Positions 49,491 through 59,718 of a stretch of 64,000 nt of DNA are shown here, one piece after another. The first letter of the stretch is position 1. The number at the start of each line of letters is the position of its first letter. Position numbers and translations under genes: made by a program. Origin of the DNA: a virus (lineage: Duplodnaviria > Caudoviricetes). The stretch lies in IMG/VR virus record IMGVR_UViG_3300042257_000126, positions 9,570 through 73,569 of that record. One strand, given 5' to 3'. The notes below the pieces were generated by a model, which did not search any database, was not told the DNA's origin, and saw nothing but the letters and a program-made list of their open reading frames with translations.

Positions 49491-49901
49491 CTAAAAAGGC
49501 AGGTCATCTGCACCACCGTCTTCAACACCACCACCCAACAACGCCTGTATCTCCCGTTCTTTCTTTTTCGCTTCTTCCTGTGTCATTCGGTTCATATCTT
49601 CCTGCTCAATCACGAGGCTCCTATCCTCTTTAATTACCTCAACTTTATACGCAGTAGCAGACGTAAACCACTTGTCCTGCCAAGCACGGCTCGACACGTC
49701 AAACCAAACACGTATGTCCGATTCCAAATTGGTGTCTGACACAAATTGAATAACTTCGCTGTTCAGCGTTTCAAAATAAACACTCTTTGGGTACTTGCTT
49801 TCAACTTTTACTACAAAACCAAGTTTACTCCACTGATTTCCTTTTTTCGACACACCGGATTGTATGTCTGTTTTCTGTATTAATTTACCTACTAAGTCCA
49901 T
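49491..49901 (-). CDS. DUF3127 family OB-fold protein (putative SSB)
   Basis: GVSKKGNQWSK...YPKSVYF...SRAWQDKWFTS...acidic DDLPF tail. Confidence 0.85.
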   Translation of the reverse strand: MDLVGKLIQKTDIQSGVSKKGNQWSKLGFVVKVESKYPKSVYFETLNSEVIQFVSDTNLESDIRVWFDVSSRAWQDKWFTSATAYKVEVIKEDRSLVIEQEDMNRMTQEEAKKKEREIQALLGGGVEDGGADDLPF

Positions 49902-50060
49902 ACTTTTTATTAAATCGTTTTAAATATTCTAAATTAATCAATGCTAATTGGGCATCAACAAAAACCTCGTCCTTGCAATCTTCACACACAGCGATACCCT
50001 CAATGTCAATGTCGGGACGTATCCTAAAATGTGCATCGTTTCCGCATTTTATACACTTTT

Positions 50061-50639
50061 TCATTTTATTCCGTACATTTCAAACCTGTCATCAAACTCC
50101 AAATCAACAGTAGTAATTTTATCAGGGTGCTCAAACAACGGCCTCGCTGCGTTCAGTAACATAGCTGATGCCTCAAAACAAAACACCTTCTTTCCTTTCT
50201 TATCATCCTTCGGCGACCAATCAACTTTCCCGTTAGACAAAATATAAGGTATCCACCACAGAAAATTAGTTATCTCATATTCAATATTCCCAAACGCCAA
50301 CCTTAACGCTTCGTAGTAGATGTTGATACGCTCAGTAGTGTTCAACTGGTCTTTCAGTTTAAACACAACGATATTTTCAGGAACATGGAAGTCAACCAGT
50401 TCCCTGATGATATACCCACGTGCAACGGCTTCCGCAACGTGCGCAACCCGAACTCCGTCAACTTGTGGAACCATAACCACAGTCATTGTGTGATTATAAT
50501 ACTTGTCCAACTTTTTCCCGTAACGAATCTTAGCCCACTTCTTCATAAAATACTGAATCCCCTTTGGAAGAAACCCACTCCTGTTATGAACCGCTAAAAT
50601 ATCTCCTGTCCTTAATTCCGAAATGCTAATTTTGTCCAT
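50061..50639 (-). CDS. permuted papain-like (YaeF/YiiX, NlpC/P60) enzyme
   Basis: GDIL...YNHT (catalytic His) precedes FCFE (catalytic Cys). Confidence 0.75.
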   Translation of the reverse strand: MDKISISELRTGDILAVHNRSGFLPKGIQYFMKKWAKIRYGKKLDKYYNHTMTVVMVPQVDGVRVAHVAEAVARGYIIRELVDFHVPENIVVFKLKDQLNTTERINIYYEALRLAFGNIEYEITNFLWWIPYILSNGKVDWSPKDDKKGKKVFCFEASAMLLNAARPLFEHPDKITTVDLEFDDRFEMYGIK

Positions 50640-50708
50640 TTTAAGCCACTTTTATTTTAGAGTTGATATATTATGCCACTAAGACAGAGAAAGTCGTTTA
50701 TACACGCC

Positions 50709-50855
50709 CTACGAGGCTTTGGTGAGCATTTTTGAGATGTGGTAGCATTCCATAATCCTGATACGAATTTCTTCCACCTTGTCAGGGCGTGTTTTCTTTG
50801 CCTCTGCCAACGCATCTGACAACTCCCTAATCCGCTTCTTGAGTATTGGGTTCAT
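50709..50855 (-). CDS. small hypothetical protein
   Basis: MNPILKKRIREL... Confidence 0.45.
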   Translation of the reverse strand: MNPILKKRIRELSDALAEAKKTRPDKVEEIRIRIMECYHISKMLTKAS

Positions 50856-51090
50856 GATCAAAGTTTGGTGTGTAAATCTTGCCGGTAAATCCATATTCAA
50901 CAACCTGATCTGTTATGTCCCATTCGTAAACAGGCAACATATCGTCCTCTAATATCTGCTGGTCATAAAACCGACCCCAGTGATACACAGCCAACGCCAT
51001 CCCCAATTTGTTCCAGTTGTCCCCAACGGTTACAACACAAATGCTGCCGTTCTTTAAATCAACATCGTCCCGTTTGTCTTTAAACTCCAT
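50827..51090 (-). CDS. hypothetical protein
   Basis: Preceded by a TATCTTTG box. Confidence 0.6.
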   Translation of the reverse strand: MEFKDKRDDVDLKNGSICVVTVGDNWNKLGMALAVYHWGRFYDQQILEDDMLPVYEWDITDQVVEYGFTGKIYTPNFDHEPNTQEAD

Positions 51091-51157
51091 TTTTCTTCTC
51101 GTTTATTATTATGCCTACAAAGATAACTATATTAACACACGCCACCAAATCAAAACG

Positions 51158-51173
51158 TATGTTGTGCAACATA
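51158..51173. promoter_or_regulatory. palindromic operator (copy 1 of at least 7)
   Basis: TATGTTGTGCAACATA; related copies at 51439, 52723, 53219, 56460, 59610 and 61360. Confidence 0.7.
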
Positions 51174-51198
51174 AATTCGTGATTCTCAAATTGCAAAT

Positions 51199-51381
51199 TC
51201 AAGTATTAACATTTTTTTTGTTGTTAAACCGAATTCCATATTCTCCGTCATACAACTTCAAAATACGCCTTGAACTTTTCATTTTTTCGCTCGGTGTGAT
51301 ATGAAACAAAGTTTTTGTCGTGTCGGCAAGAAACTTTGGGTCTTCCTGCATATACCTAAAAAAATCAGTTAAACTTCCCAT
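51199..51381 (-). CDS. hypothetical protein
   Basis: 60-aa ORF preceded by a TATCTTTG box. Confidence 0.55.
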   Translation of the reverse strand: MGSLTDFFRYMQEDPKFLADTTKTLFHITPSEKMKSSRRILKLYDGEYGIRFNNKKNVNT

Positions 51382-51454
51382 AATTAATTATTTTCCAACA
51401 AAGATAACATTTTAAACGTGAAAGTGTGCCGACAAGAATATGTTTTACAACATA

Positions 51455-51943
51455 TCAAGCCTCATCGTAATATCCATTAAACGTGTCTTTGCAAAATTTC
51501 TTCAATTCGCCTTCATAGCGAAACCATTCTCCACGAGACCTATTTGCCCAAAAGCGTTTATGAAAATTTCTTTCAACCACACGATCTCCTTCCACAAAAC
51601 CAAGGATTCTTAAACTAAAAGGACAACCGCTCTGTAATGATTCAATCCTACTCAAAGGATTTTTACTATAACCAATTTTGCAAAAACCATAGTCCTCATT
51701 TACAAAAAAATATACATAATCTCCTTCAAGATTTTGTTTTTTTCTCATTTGTTTCGCTTCACTGACTTTGTCCCAATATTCCAAAAAAGGAATTTGAAAA
51801 ACATCCTCAAATAATTGAAATAAATGTTTTTTCTTTAAGTAAGATAATGGTTTTCCTTGATGGAATATAATTCTCTTTTCTCTTAATTTATTCCTACAAA
51901 GTTTAAGTTGTTGTTGAGATAAACTGTAATTGCTTTTTTTCAT
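51455..51943 (-). CDS. GIY-YIG (T5orf172/MUG113-type) nuclease-domain protein
   Basis: YVYF...KIGYSKNPLSRIESLQSGCPFSL...ERNFHKRF...RGEWF. Confidence 0.85.
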   Translation of the reverse strand: MKKSNYSLSQQQLKLCRNKLREKRIIFHQGKPLSYLKKKHLFQLFEDVFQIPFLEYWDKVSEAKQMRKKQNLEGDYVYFFVNEDYGFCKIGYSKNPLSRIESLQSGCPFSLRILGFVEGDRVVERNFHKRFWANRSRGEWFRYEGELKKFCKDTFNGYYDEA

Positions 51944-52837
51944 TTGTATGACACTTTTGAACTCGTATCTTTTTCCGTGAAGGATATAGAAAGTCCTTTA
52001 GGGCATGAAAATGCTCTTTTTGTTGTTACTTTTTTTTTATCCTTCACGAAGGTTTTGCTTGCTTTGTTTGACACTTCGTCGCCCGTAGAGCCCCCTCCAT
52101 GTTCGGCTACAAAGAAATATATGGACTTTGTAGCTTGCGTTCATATTAACCCATATCGCCTATACAGCCTGAACGCCTCATTTCAGCTTCGTTCCTTGCG
52201 TATTTTGTCCTGCGTGGTAAGAACGATTTATTTGTGTACCCCACCGTTAATATTTTTTTGTTCCGTCGATACACAAAAAAACCACCCTCTTACACGAAGA
52301 AGGTGGAATGTTTCTATGCGAAAACCGTCAGAACGATTTTTTTTCAATTTAATATGTAACTCAAGTTTTCGCATAAAAAACTATTTTTAACACCGCAAAT
52401 ATAATAAAAAAAAATTAACCACCAAAAAAAGGTTTAAAAAAAGTTGTCAGCGTGTATTTAAAGTACAAAAACCCACGCCGACCGGGGACACCCCAATCCT
52501 TTGCGTGGGTCTTTTTAAGGGATACTACCCTTTGCGTTTTTTCAGGTATTCTTCACCGGAAATTTTGTTACGCACAAATGCGGACAAAAGTTGGTCTTTT
52601 GCTCTCTTGCTTCTTCCGATTTTTTTGCTACCTTTTTTTGAATTTTTCACGACGTTCTATTTTATAGTTTTACGTCATGTGTGCCTCCTTTCGTTTTTTG
52701 TGTTGTGGCAAATATAGTAAAATGTGTTGTAAAACATATAAAAGGTCTGCATATTTTGTTACAAAAATGTTACCTTTGTATAAAGGTACTGCCGTATGAG
52801 ACGTGCCGAGTAATTAATAACTAAAAAAAAAAATAAT

Positions 52838-53179
52838 ATGAAAACAAATTGTGGAAGTTCCCCTGATAGTTCAACAAAGCCGGAAGTCATGGATTATGAC
52901 GGCATGTTAACAACTGGCTTTTATTGGCATCCGAGATACAGCCAGACCGATGAGCCAGACAAACAAGGACGGTGGTCGAGGCTTTGCTTTTATCGTAAAT
53001 TTCTAATTGCATGGATAAGTAGGCAACAAGTGAACGAAACTGTAATGTATGTTGTAACTGATTTTTTCCCGACAAATGGAAATAGTAACCCATGCTTTGT
53101 GGAAGCTACCGAAGATTTTGAAAAAGCAAAAGAAGGGGTGGAAAAACGTTTCAACGAGTTTCTTAAAGCTTGTTGTTAA
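52838..53179 (+). CDS. cassette-like hypothetical protein
   Basis: Gene body bounded by the inverted GTTAACAAC (52906) and GTTGTTAAC (53172). Confidence 0.65.
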   Translation: MKTNCGSSPDSSTKPEVMDYDGMLTTGFYWHPRYSQTDEPDKQGRWSRLCFYRKFLIAWISRQQVNETVMYVVTDFFPTNGNSNPCFVEATEDFEKAKEGVEKRFNEFLKACC

Positions 53180-53278
53180 CTATGTTGTATGTGTAATGCG
53201 CACTTGTGCAAATGTTTTTATGTGGTAAAACATGAAAAAAGTTTTCTGTCGTTGTGGAATGTTTTGTATATTTGTAAA

Positions 53279-53446
53279 ATGAAAATTAAATACATACCAG
53301 CAATCATTCTTTCGGTCATCGCCGGAGTTATTTTTCTGGTGTACTGGTTGCTTGGCGCGTGTTTTCTTATTTTCACGGAAATATTGGAATATGGAATAAA
53401 GTTGTATTATAAAGTTAAACGTCCACGGCTGCGTGGACACAAATAA
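53279..53446 (+). CDS. small membrane protein
   Basis: Hydrophobic; ATG directly after a TATATTTG box, so possibly leaderless. Confidence 0.45.
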   Translation: MKIKYIPAIILSVIAGVIFLVYWLLGACFLIFTEILEYGIKLYYKVKRPRLRGHK

Positions 53447-53456
53447 ATAATGAACA

Positions 53457-53876
53457 ATGAGTTTAGACGTAATGTTAGAGCGCAAGCGTTGGTTTACTTA
53501 CGACAAGGTTAACTTTGATGAGGATAACGAAAGGTTGTATTCAGCAAATATTACACACAACCTCAATGTAATGGCAGAGGAAGCGGGTATTTACGAAGCA
53601 TTGTGGCGACCACACCGATTGCAGCCCGGTTATGATATTCCAGACGGGAATCATGAATTGGAATGGGCTTTTGAGGATGCGTGTGAAATAACAGCAAGTG
53701 AAATCATTCCATTGCTGGAAAAAGGATTGGCAGATTTAAAAGCACGTCCAGAACACTTCAAGCAGTTTGACAGTCCGAATGGGTGGGGAACGTATGTACA
53801 CTTTGTTCCATTTGTGGAAGAATATCTAAATGCCTGCAAGAAATACCATGATGCAATCGTAAGAGTTTCGAGATGA
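53457..53876 (+). CDS. conserved phage hypothetical protein
   Basis: MSLDV...ANITHNL..MAEEAGIYEALWRP...PNGWGTY family. Confidence 0.8.
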   Translation: MSLDVMLERKRWFTYDKVNFDEDNERLYSANITHNLNVMAEEAGIYEALWRPHRLQPGYDIPDGNHELEWAFEDACEITASEIIPLLEKGLADLKARPEHFKQFDSPNGWGTYVHFVPFVEEYLNACKKYHDAIVRVSR

Positions 53877-54094
53877 AAAACTACTTAATCGAATACACGG
53901 TCAAGGACTATCGCGGCGTTGTCGTAAAACACGGCAAGTACCGCGTGAAAAACAAGATGAGCGACTTTGAAGCTAAAGTCACGTTTGAGGCATTTTTAAA
54001 ACGCAAACACCCGAAGTTTGGCAGCTTGATTATACACTCGTGCGTTGAAGATAATGATATATTTTCATTTTTTGGCGACATCTTTAAATCTTGA
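53873..54094 (+). CDS. hypothetical protein
   Basis: Coupled ORF. Confidence 0.6.
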   Translation: MKNYLIEYTVKDYRGVVVKHGKYRVKNKMSDFEAKVTFEAFLKRKHPKFGSLIIHSCVEDNDIFSFFGDIFKS

Positions 54095-54116
54095 TTATCT
54101 TTACACAAAAATTATT

Positions 54117-54371
54117 ATGGCAGTATCAGATTTAGATTTAGACGTAAAATTGCAGGGTGAACGTATTATGGCTTCTGAACAGGGTGCAATGTTATATATT
54201 CGTCTGGATGAAGAAAGTAAAGTCACTTATTCTTTTGCAGGAGACGTTGTTGATGTTGCACGTGCGCTGATGTCTGCTATGCTAAACGATGAGGACGGCG
54301 TACTGTATGAAATAGTTGTTGCAGCGTTGGATACATTTGAAGAATCGTTTACGTATCACAACGTGAATTGA
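54117..54371 (+). CDS. acidic hypothetical protein
   Basis: Start moved to MAVSDL. Confidence 0.6.
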   Translation: MAVSDLDLDVKLQGERIMASEQGAMLYIRLDEESKVTYSFAGDVVDVARALMSAMLNDEDGVLYEIVVAALDTFEESFTYHNVN

Positions 54372-54517
54372 TGAACGAAGTTTGATACCATAAGTCCTAT
54401 TTTTGAGTGATAGTTCTGACAAGCAGGTTTGTTTCTATCGGGTATAACAAACAGTAAAACAATTATATTTATCCCATATCGGGTATAATTTTATGGACAT
54501 TCAATAAATTTTTAACT

Positions 54518-55204
54518 ATGTTTTCATACTACGGGAGTAAATCAAAAATTGTGGACTACTATCCACCACCGAAACACAAGAAGATTATAGAACCGTTTGC
54601 AGGTTCAGCAAGGTATTCTTTAAAATACTGGCAGAATGACGTTTTGTTGGTTGATAAGTATCCTGTAATTGTATCAATTTGGGAATACTTAATTAATGCT
54701 ACCAAAGCAGATATTTTAAACCTGCCTGATATTGTTACAGGGCAAAATGTAGATGAATTTGATATTACTCAAGTTGAAAAATGGCTGATAGGATTTTGCA
54801 TAAATGGCGGTTCTGCACAACCAAAGAAAACTGCAAAAGATTACAATACTTGGGGTGAAGCCAAAATGAGAATTGCAGAAGATGTGCAAAAAATAAAACA
54901 TTGGAAAGTTATACTTGGTAGTTATGATGAACTTGAAAATGTAGAAGCGACTTGGTTTATTGACCCACCTTATCAATTTGGTGGTGAATGGTATGTGAAA
55001 AGCACAAAGCATATTGATTTCAATAGTTTGGGTGATTGGTGTAAAAGCAGATATGGACAAGTGATTGTATGTGAAAATACAAAAGCCGATTGGTTGCCGT
55101 TTAAGCCAATGGTAGATATGCAAGGGGCTATGTTTAAAACAACGGAAGCAATTTGGAGCAACCTTCCTACTAACTACGATTTCGTACAACAAAGTTTATT
55201 TTAA
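54518..55204 (+). CDS. DNA adenine methyltransferase (Dam/D12-like)
   Basis: FSYYGSKSK, EPFAGSA and DPPY. Confidence 0.88.
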   Translation: MFSYYGSKSKIVDYYPPPKHKKIIEPFAGSARYSLKYWQNDVLLVDKYPVIVSIWEYLINATKADILNLPDIVTGQNVDEFDITQVEKWLIGFCINGGSAQPKKTAKDYNTWGEAKMRIAEDVQKIKHWKVILGSYDELENVEATWFIDPPYQFGGEWYVKSTKHIDFNSLGDWCKSRYGQVIVCENTKADWLPFKPMVDMQGAMFKTTEAIWSNLPTNYDFVQQSLF

Positions 55205-56037
55205 TGGACATTCAAGAAATAAAAAAGAAGTCAATTTTTGATTATTTAACGAGAAGCGGTTACAAGCCTGTAAACAATTCAGGCAAATACCGGTCGTTTT
55301 ATTCTCCGTTTGGGAAAGAGGCAAACGCTTCCTTTAAAGTAAATATGTCTAACAACACGTGGACAGATTACCACAAGGGAACACACGGGGACATTATAGA
55401 CCTTGTTATGGAATTGGAACACAAAGAATTTGTAGAGGCGTGTAGGTTTCTTGAAGATGATCGGCGTGTGTCTGTTGTGCAGCAAATCAAAGACCCTGAG
55501 CCGGGTGTAAAGATTCACCGCGTATCCGAAATAACCGATACAGAACTATTGGATTACTTTGTCAGAAAACGACATATAAACCTTCACGTGTTGTATGAAT
55601 ACTGCAAACAGGTGGAGTTTAGTTTTCCTATGGGAAAGCATCCCGACAAAGTACACACGGCAGTCGGGTTTTCAACATCAATGGGGAGCTACGAGTTAAG
55701 AAACACGTGGTTCAAAGGGGGATCGCCACCGAAGTCGTTTAGCTTTGTGTCCGGTGAATCAAGTGATGTTGCAATTTGGGAAGGATTTACAGATTTTTTA
55801 AGTTTGCTGACATACGAGAAAAGGATGAAACCAAAATGCAACACTTACATTTTGAACGGCGTTGGACAGTACAATTTAATCCGACCGTTTCTCGATGGGA
55901 AGCGTGTTTATTTTTACGGGGACAACGACAACGCCTCAGACGAACTGTTAGAAAAAATGTCTGACTTAGACGTAGTTGATATGAGGTATGAGTATGAGTT
56001 TTATAAGGACTTTAACCAAATGCTGTGTGATGTTTAA
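55204..56037 (+). CDS. DNA primase-like protein (CHC2-like domain plus TOPRIM)
   Basis: SPF..E..ASFKV...GDIIDLV; WEGFTDFLS; YGDNDNA. Confidence 0.85.
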   Translation: MDIQEIKKKSIFDYLTRSGYKPVNNSGKYRSFYSPFGKEANASFKVNMSNNTWTDYHKGTHGDIIDLVMELEHKEFVEACRFLEDDRRVSVVQQIKDPEPGVKIHRVSEITDTELLDYFVRKRHINLHVLYEYCKQVEFSFPMGKHPDKVHTAVGFSTSMGSYELRNTWFKGGSPPKSFSFVSGESSDVAIWEGFTDFLSLLTYEKRMKPKCNTYILNGVGQYNLIRPFLDGKRVYFYGDNDNASDELLEKMSDLDVVDMRYEYEFYKDFNQMLCDV

Positions 56038-56432
56038 TCCTCACCCCTCAGTGGAATAATCCTTCTGTAATCTACCTTAACGTTACCGAGTTTGTTAAAC
56101 AGAAGATCGTGTATTGTTTCAGCCACGTGTTTCCCTTCGTCTGGTGCGTGTTCCATTTGATACCTCAGTTCTTCATCTATTGCCGATAAATATAAAAGAA
56201 ACTCAGGAACTTCAATGTTCGCTGTAAACTCGTTGTAGTTCAGAATGGACTTTTTTAAACGGTCTGTTCGTCCTTTTAACGCACGTCTTAACACTATTCT
56301 TGACCTGTCCCACGCATCGTTGATACCTTTTTCCTCACGTTGGTTGCCGTATGAACGGATTAACTTTGCAGCCGATTCCTCGTCTGAGTTAATAATAACC
56401 TTCACTAATTGTTCAAAGCTGTTTACTTCCAT
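56034..56432 (-). CDS. hypothetical protein
   Basis: 132-aa ORF convergent with the primase. Confidence 0.6.
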   Translation of the reverse strand: MEVNSFEQLVKVIINSDEESAAKLIRSYGNQREEKGINDAWDRSRIVLRRALKGRTDRLKKSILNYNEFTANIEVPEFLLYLSAIDEELRYQMEHAPDEGKHVAETIHDLLFNKLGNVKVDYRRIIPLRGED

Positions 56433-56542
56433 AACTTTTTTTGTTTAAATTTAGTGAAATATGTTGCACAACATGTTTTTTTTTGGGCTAAAATAGTGCA
56501 CACTTTACAAACAATTTGTTATCTTTGTATAAAATATTAACT

Positions 56543-56923
56543 ATGACAATAGAAGAACTACGAGAAGAAGCACAAAAGTTGGGTTATCATTTACTCAATG
56601 TTTACAGGGGATTAACAAATGATGATGTTATACGAATTGCGTGTATAGCATCTGAAATTCCACCAGAAAGATTTAAAGAAAAAACAAGAGAAAGTCGCGT
56701 AGTGTTTGCGCGTCATCTTGCTTCTTATTATTGGGCTACTCAGTGTGGCTACAATGAAATTACAATAGCAAGACTAACCGGAAATGATAGAACAACTGTT
56801 TACTACGCAAAGCGTGTGTTGTCAGACGACATTAAATTCTTTAAAATCTGGCAGCAAAAAGCAATTCGTAACTTTAACGATGCTATACAGAAAGCGGAAC
56901 AGTTAAAATATGAGGCAGCTTGA
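56543..56923 (+). CDS. DnaA C-terminal-like HTH DNA-binding protein
   Basis: KTRESRVVFARHLASY...IARLTGNDRTTVYYA. Confidence 0.75.
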   Translation: MTIEELREEAQKLGYHLLNVYRGLTNDDVIRIACIASEIPPERFKEKTRESRVVFARHLASYYWATQCGYNEITIARLTGNDRTTVYYAKRVLSDDIKFFKIWQQKAIRNFNDAIQKAEQLKYEAA

Positions 56924-57101
56924 TTTTTTATTAATAAGTAGAATTGAGTATATGAAGATGCGACAAACAATAAGAACGCGCTTGACCTCGTTGAAGCTGC
57001 AAGCGCAAAAGGCAGTAGAGGAAAAAGACGAAGTCATGTTGGCAGACTGCGTGGTTCGTATAGATGAACTGAATAAACTTTTAAAAGCGTTTAAGAACTG
57101 A
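56910..57101 (+). CDS. hypothetical protein
   Basis: ORF within the operon. Confidence 0.5.
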   Translation: MRQLDFLLISRIEYMKMRQTIRTRLTSLKLQAQKAVEEKDEVMLADCVVRIDELNKLLKAFKN

Positions 57102-57307
57102 TGTATTACCTTAAATTTGTAGAACAAATATCAACACCCGAATATGTGTGTGGGTTGGTAGAGATTTACCACCCGGACGTGTTCTTCGAGGACGAGGTGT
57201 TCGTGTGCATACCGACCGCCGTGTTTGATAAAGATATGTTCTTCAAGGAATACTCAAAAGAAGATTACGAACTAATAATGCAAATACTGAAAGACTATGA
57301 ACGATAA
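57101..57307 (+). CDS. hypothetical protein
   Basis: Coupled ORF. Confidence 0.55.
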   Translation: MYYLKFVEQISTPEYVCGLVEIYHPDVFFEDEVFVCIPTAVFDKDMFFKEYSKEDYELIMQILKDYER

Positions 57308-57396
57308 AGAAATCCTTCGTGAGAAGCTGTTAGAAGCCGTTACAGCGCATTTTAAGCGTAATGGTGATATAGAGTACCGGATAGATAAAAAAACGT

Positions 57397-57582
57397 TTGA
57401 CAATATATTTTATGAAAAAGAAAGAACTACCAAAGGTTGACGACATAACCAAATACGTATTGCAGTTGCGTCGTGATGGAAACTCAAAGCGGATGGTTCC
57501 GGTGAAAAATACTTACGTCCACAAGGACACAGGTGAAGTTGTTAAAATAGATTGGCGTGATGGAGCGTTTAGATTGATATGA
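57397..57582 (+). CDS. hypothetical protein
   Basis: ORF within the operon; start uncertain. Confidence 0.5.
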   Translation: MTIYFMKKKELPKVDDITKYVLQLRRDGNSKRMVPVKNTYVHKDTGEVVKIDWRDGAFRLI

Positions 57583-57830
57583 AAACAAAACTACTAAAGA
57601 AAGTACGCAAACGCTATGAGATAGTACGACATGATACGATACGTGACCCGTTTCATTGGTTGTACGACGCTGAAATGCCGCTGTATGAACTGATAGACAA
57701 CAACGGCAAGCACCGCAGCGTTGCGTATAAGGACTTCGACAGCGTGTATAATATCCTTGTGGACTGGATAAGAAAAGACTACGGTTACTTTAAAAAATTC
57801 GATAACTCTAAAAAAATATGGTATGTATAA
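57579..57830 (+). CDS. hypothetical protein
   Basis: MKTKLLKKVRKRY...KIWY pattern common in Bacteroidota phages. Confidence 0.65.
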   Translation: MKTKLLKKVRKRYEIVRHDTIRDPFHWLYDAEMPLYELIDNNGKHRSVAYKDFDSVYNILVDWIRKDYGYFKKFDNSKKIWYV

Positions 57831-57977
57831 AGTAGAAAGAGGAAGATTCTTTGATCCCGAAAAACTAAATAAGTGGCTCAACGGAAAAGGTTCGTTAGTT
57901 CACTATTCAGAAACTCGTATAACAGAACAAACACGCGGCAACGGTTGGGACGTGGTGGCCGTGTTTAAAACAGAATT

Positions 57978-58229
57978 ATGAAAACACCAGAAGAATACAT
58001 TAAACCAATAGAGGATATACACCCGTACAAAAAACGGGGTAATCCCGACAGCTATTCAAAATACAATGAGGGCTGGTGTGATGCGTGTGATCAATTCTAC
58101 GACGTTATCGAACAAGTAATAGCCGACACCCAATCACACATAAAAGAACGATTAGAAGCCGTTGAAAAACGTTCTCAGGAGGTCGATGCGATGCTGGATG
58201 GGTTGTTGAGCAAGCTAAACCGCGTGTAA
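57978..58229 (+). CDS. hypothetical protein
   Basis: YSKYNEGWCDA motif. Confidence 0.6.
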   Translation: MKTPEEYIKPIEDIHPYKKRGNPDSYSKYNEGWCDACDQFYDVIEQVIADTQSHIKERLEAVEKRSQEVDAMLDGLLSKLNRV

Positions 58230-58647
58230 ACTCTTATCGGATGAAAACAAAAGAACAAATAGAACAGCGTATAGCCAAGAAGCGTGACGAGATACATCGA
58301 ATCAACAAAGAAATAGGCTATGAATGGGCTGGCGTGTACTGGGAACAGATAGACGAATTAGCTATTGAAATAGCAGAACTGGAATGGGTACTTGACAAAC
58401 GGTAACAGATTATCACAATCTTTATTATCAATACGTTGGGCTGTATCCGTCCCGTGAGCCAATAAGCCCAAAATAGTACCCTTGAGAAAAACTGTAAGCA
58501 AAATCGCATATCCTGACAACATTTGCGACAATATATACCACCAATTCTAACAACAGCAGGACGCACATAAACTATTAAATTGTAAGTGATGAACAAAAAT
58601 CGTGTGCCTGATTTAGCGGAAAGCTGTAACCAATTAATATTACAACT

Positions 58648-58911
58648 ATGAAAGACTCATTCATTAGTATATACCACCTAATGGAAAACAAAAACTACGC
58701 AGACCTGTACCTAACAGCAGGAGCATTTGCACACGTAGTACAAGAAATGAAAGAATACGTGTTAGACCCTAAACTCGGTGTGATATTCTTTATGGACAAA
58801 TTAATCCGACTCAGAATAGACGACTCCCTTGACAACAACGATTTGGAATATATATACGTGTTTAAAGTCGTTTGCGAAGGAAGGGTAATGGAATATAGAT
58901 ACTGCGGATAG
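58648..58911 (+). CDS. hypothetical protein
   Basis: 87-aa ORF. Confidence 0.55.
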   Translation: MKDSFISIYHLMENKNYADLYLTAGAFAHVVQEMKEYVLDPKLGVIFFMDKLIRLRIDDSLDNNDLEYIYVFKVVCEGRVMEYRYCG

Positions 58912-59718
58912 GGGTGGGGCAGTAAAGGCGTACATAATGGCTGACACAAAGCATGGATTCTTATTAAGGGCGTACGTCGAGGTAAGTGAACTCTAAGATG
59001 CAATGAGCCGGGTGTTTAACATAAAAAAATTTTAATTTTGCGAAGCCGGGTAGTCACTTTCTGTTTCTATTTTCTGCATGAATTAAAAAAAAGTGATTCC
59101 GATTTTTCCCTCCTGATTCCAGAAAAGAAAGTATAGGAATGACAATGGTTTTAGATTGATTCCTGTTAAAAATTCGCTGCTTTGGTTGTACCTGCCTGAA
59201 AAACAAATATAGTACATAGTATAACCTTGCAATTATCTTTCATTACACAGCCTAAAACACAGCAATGACAAAGGATTTAACTCACACAACAACCAGCTAA
59301 AATCTTTCTACTTAACTTAATATGAATTATAAGACAAGCACACCTGTAAGGCCTGCAAATAAAGCGGTTTTGTTGTGGTGTTGGTCCCTGTTTGAATGGA
59401 GATCTTCTGTTAGGTGCTTTCATTTGTAGCCACAGGGGGAAATTTGTCGTTTTGAATGTACTTTACTCACGTTCATTTTTTGTCTGGTTTATTCGCTGGT
59501 ATATTTTTAGCTTGTCCCTCCGGGTTTTATTGTTTCGGTTATTCTTTTATTGTTTTCTTTATATATGTTTTTGCCTTTAAATGATGATAAAACACGCGAT
59601 CTGGTTATACATGTTGTACAACATAAAAAAAAACTTGCATGATTGAAAAATGTTGTCAATCTTTGTTGCACAAATTTAATGTTTAATTTAAAAATTAGTA
59701 CGATGAAAAAAGTAACAG

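Noticed and set aside
52500-52695. Minus-strand AGGAGG plus ATG with Lys/Arg-rich sequence, faintly like ribosomal protein bS21
   Set aside because: Stop at codon 3 and further stops and frameshifts; too weak to call a pseudogene
51944-52717. Plus-strand ORFs at 51944, 52452 and 52505
   Set aside because: Phe-rich translations of T-runs; promoters and terminators here point to the minus strand
59090-59290. Possible degenerate CRISPR array (TGATTCC and CAGCAA..CAAAGGATT fragments)
   Set aside because: Matches are 11 nt or shorter with irregular spacing; no repeat-spacer periodicity
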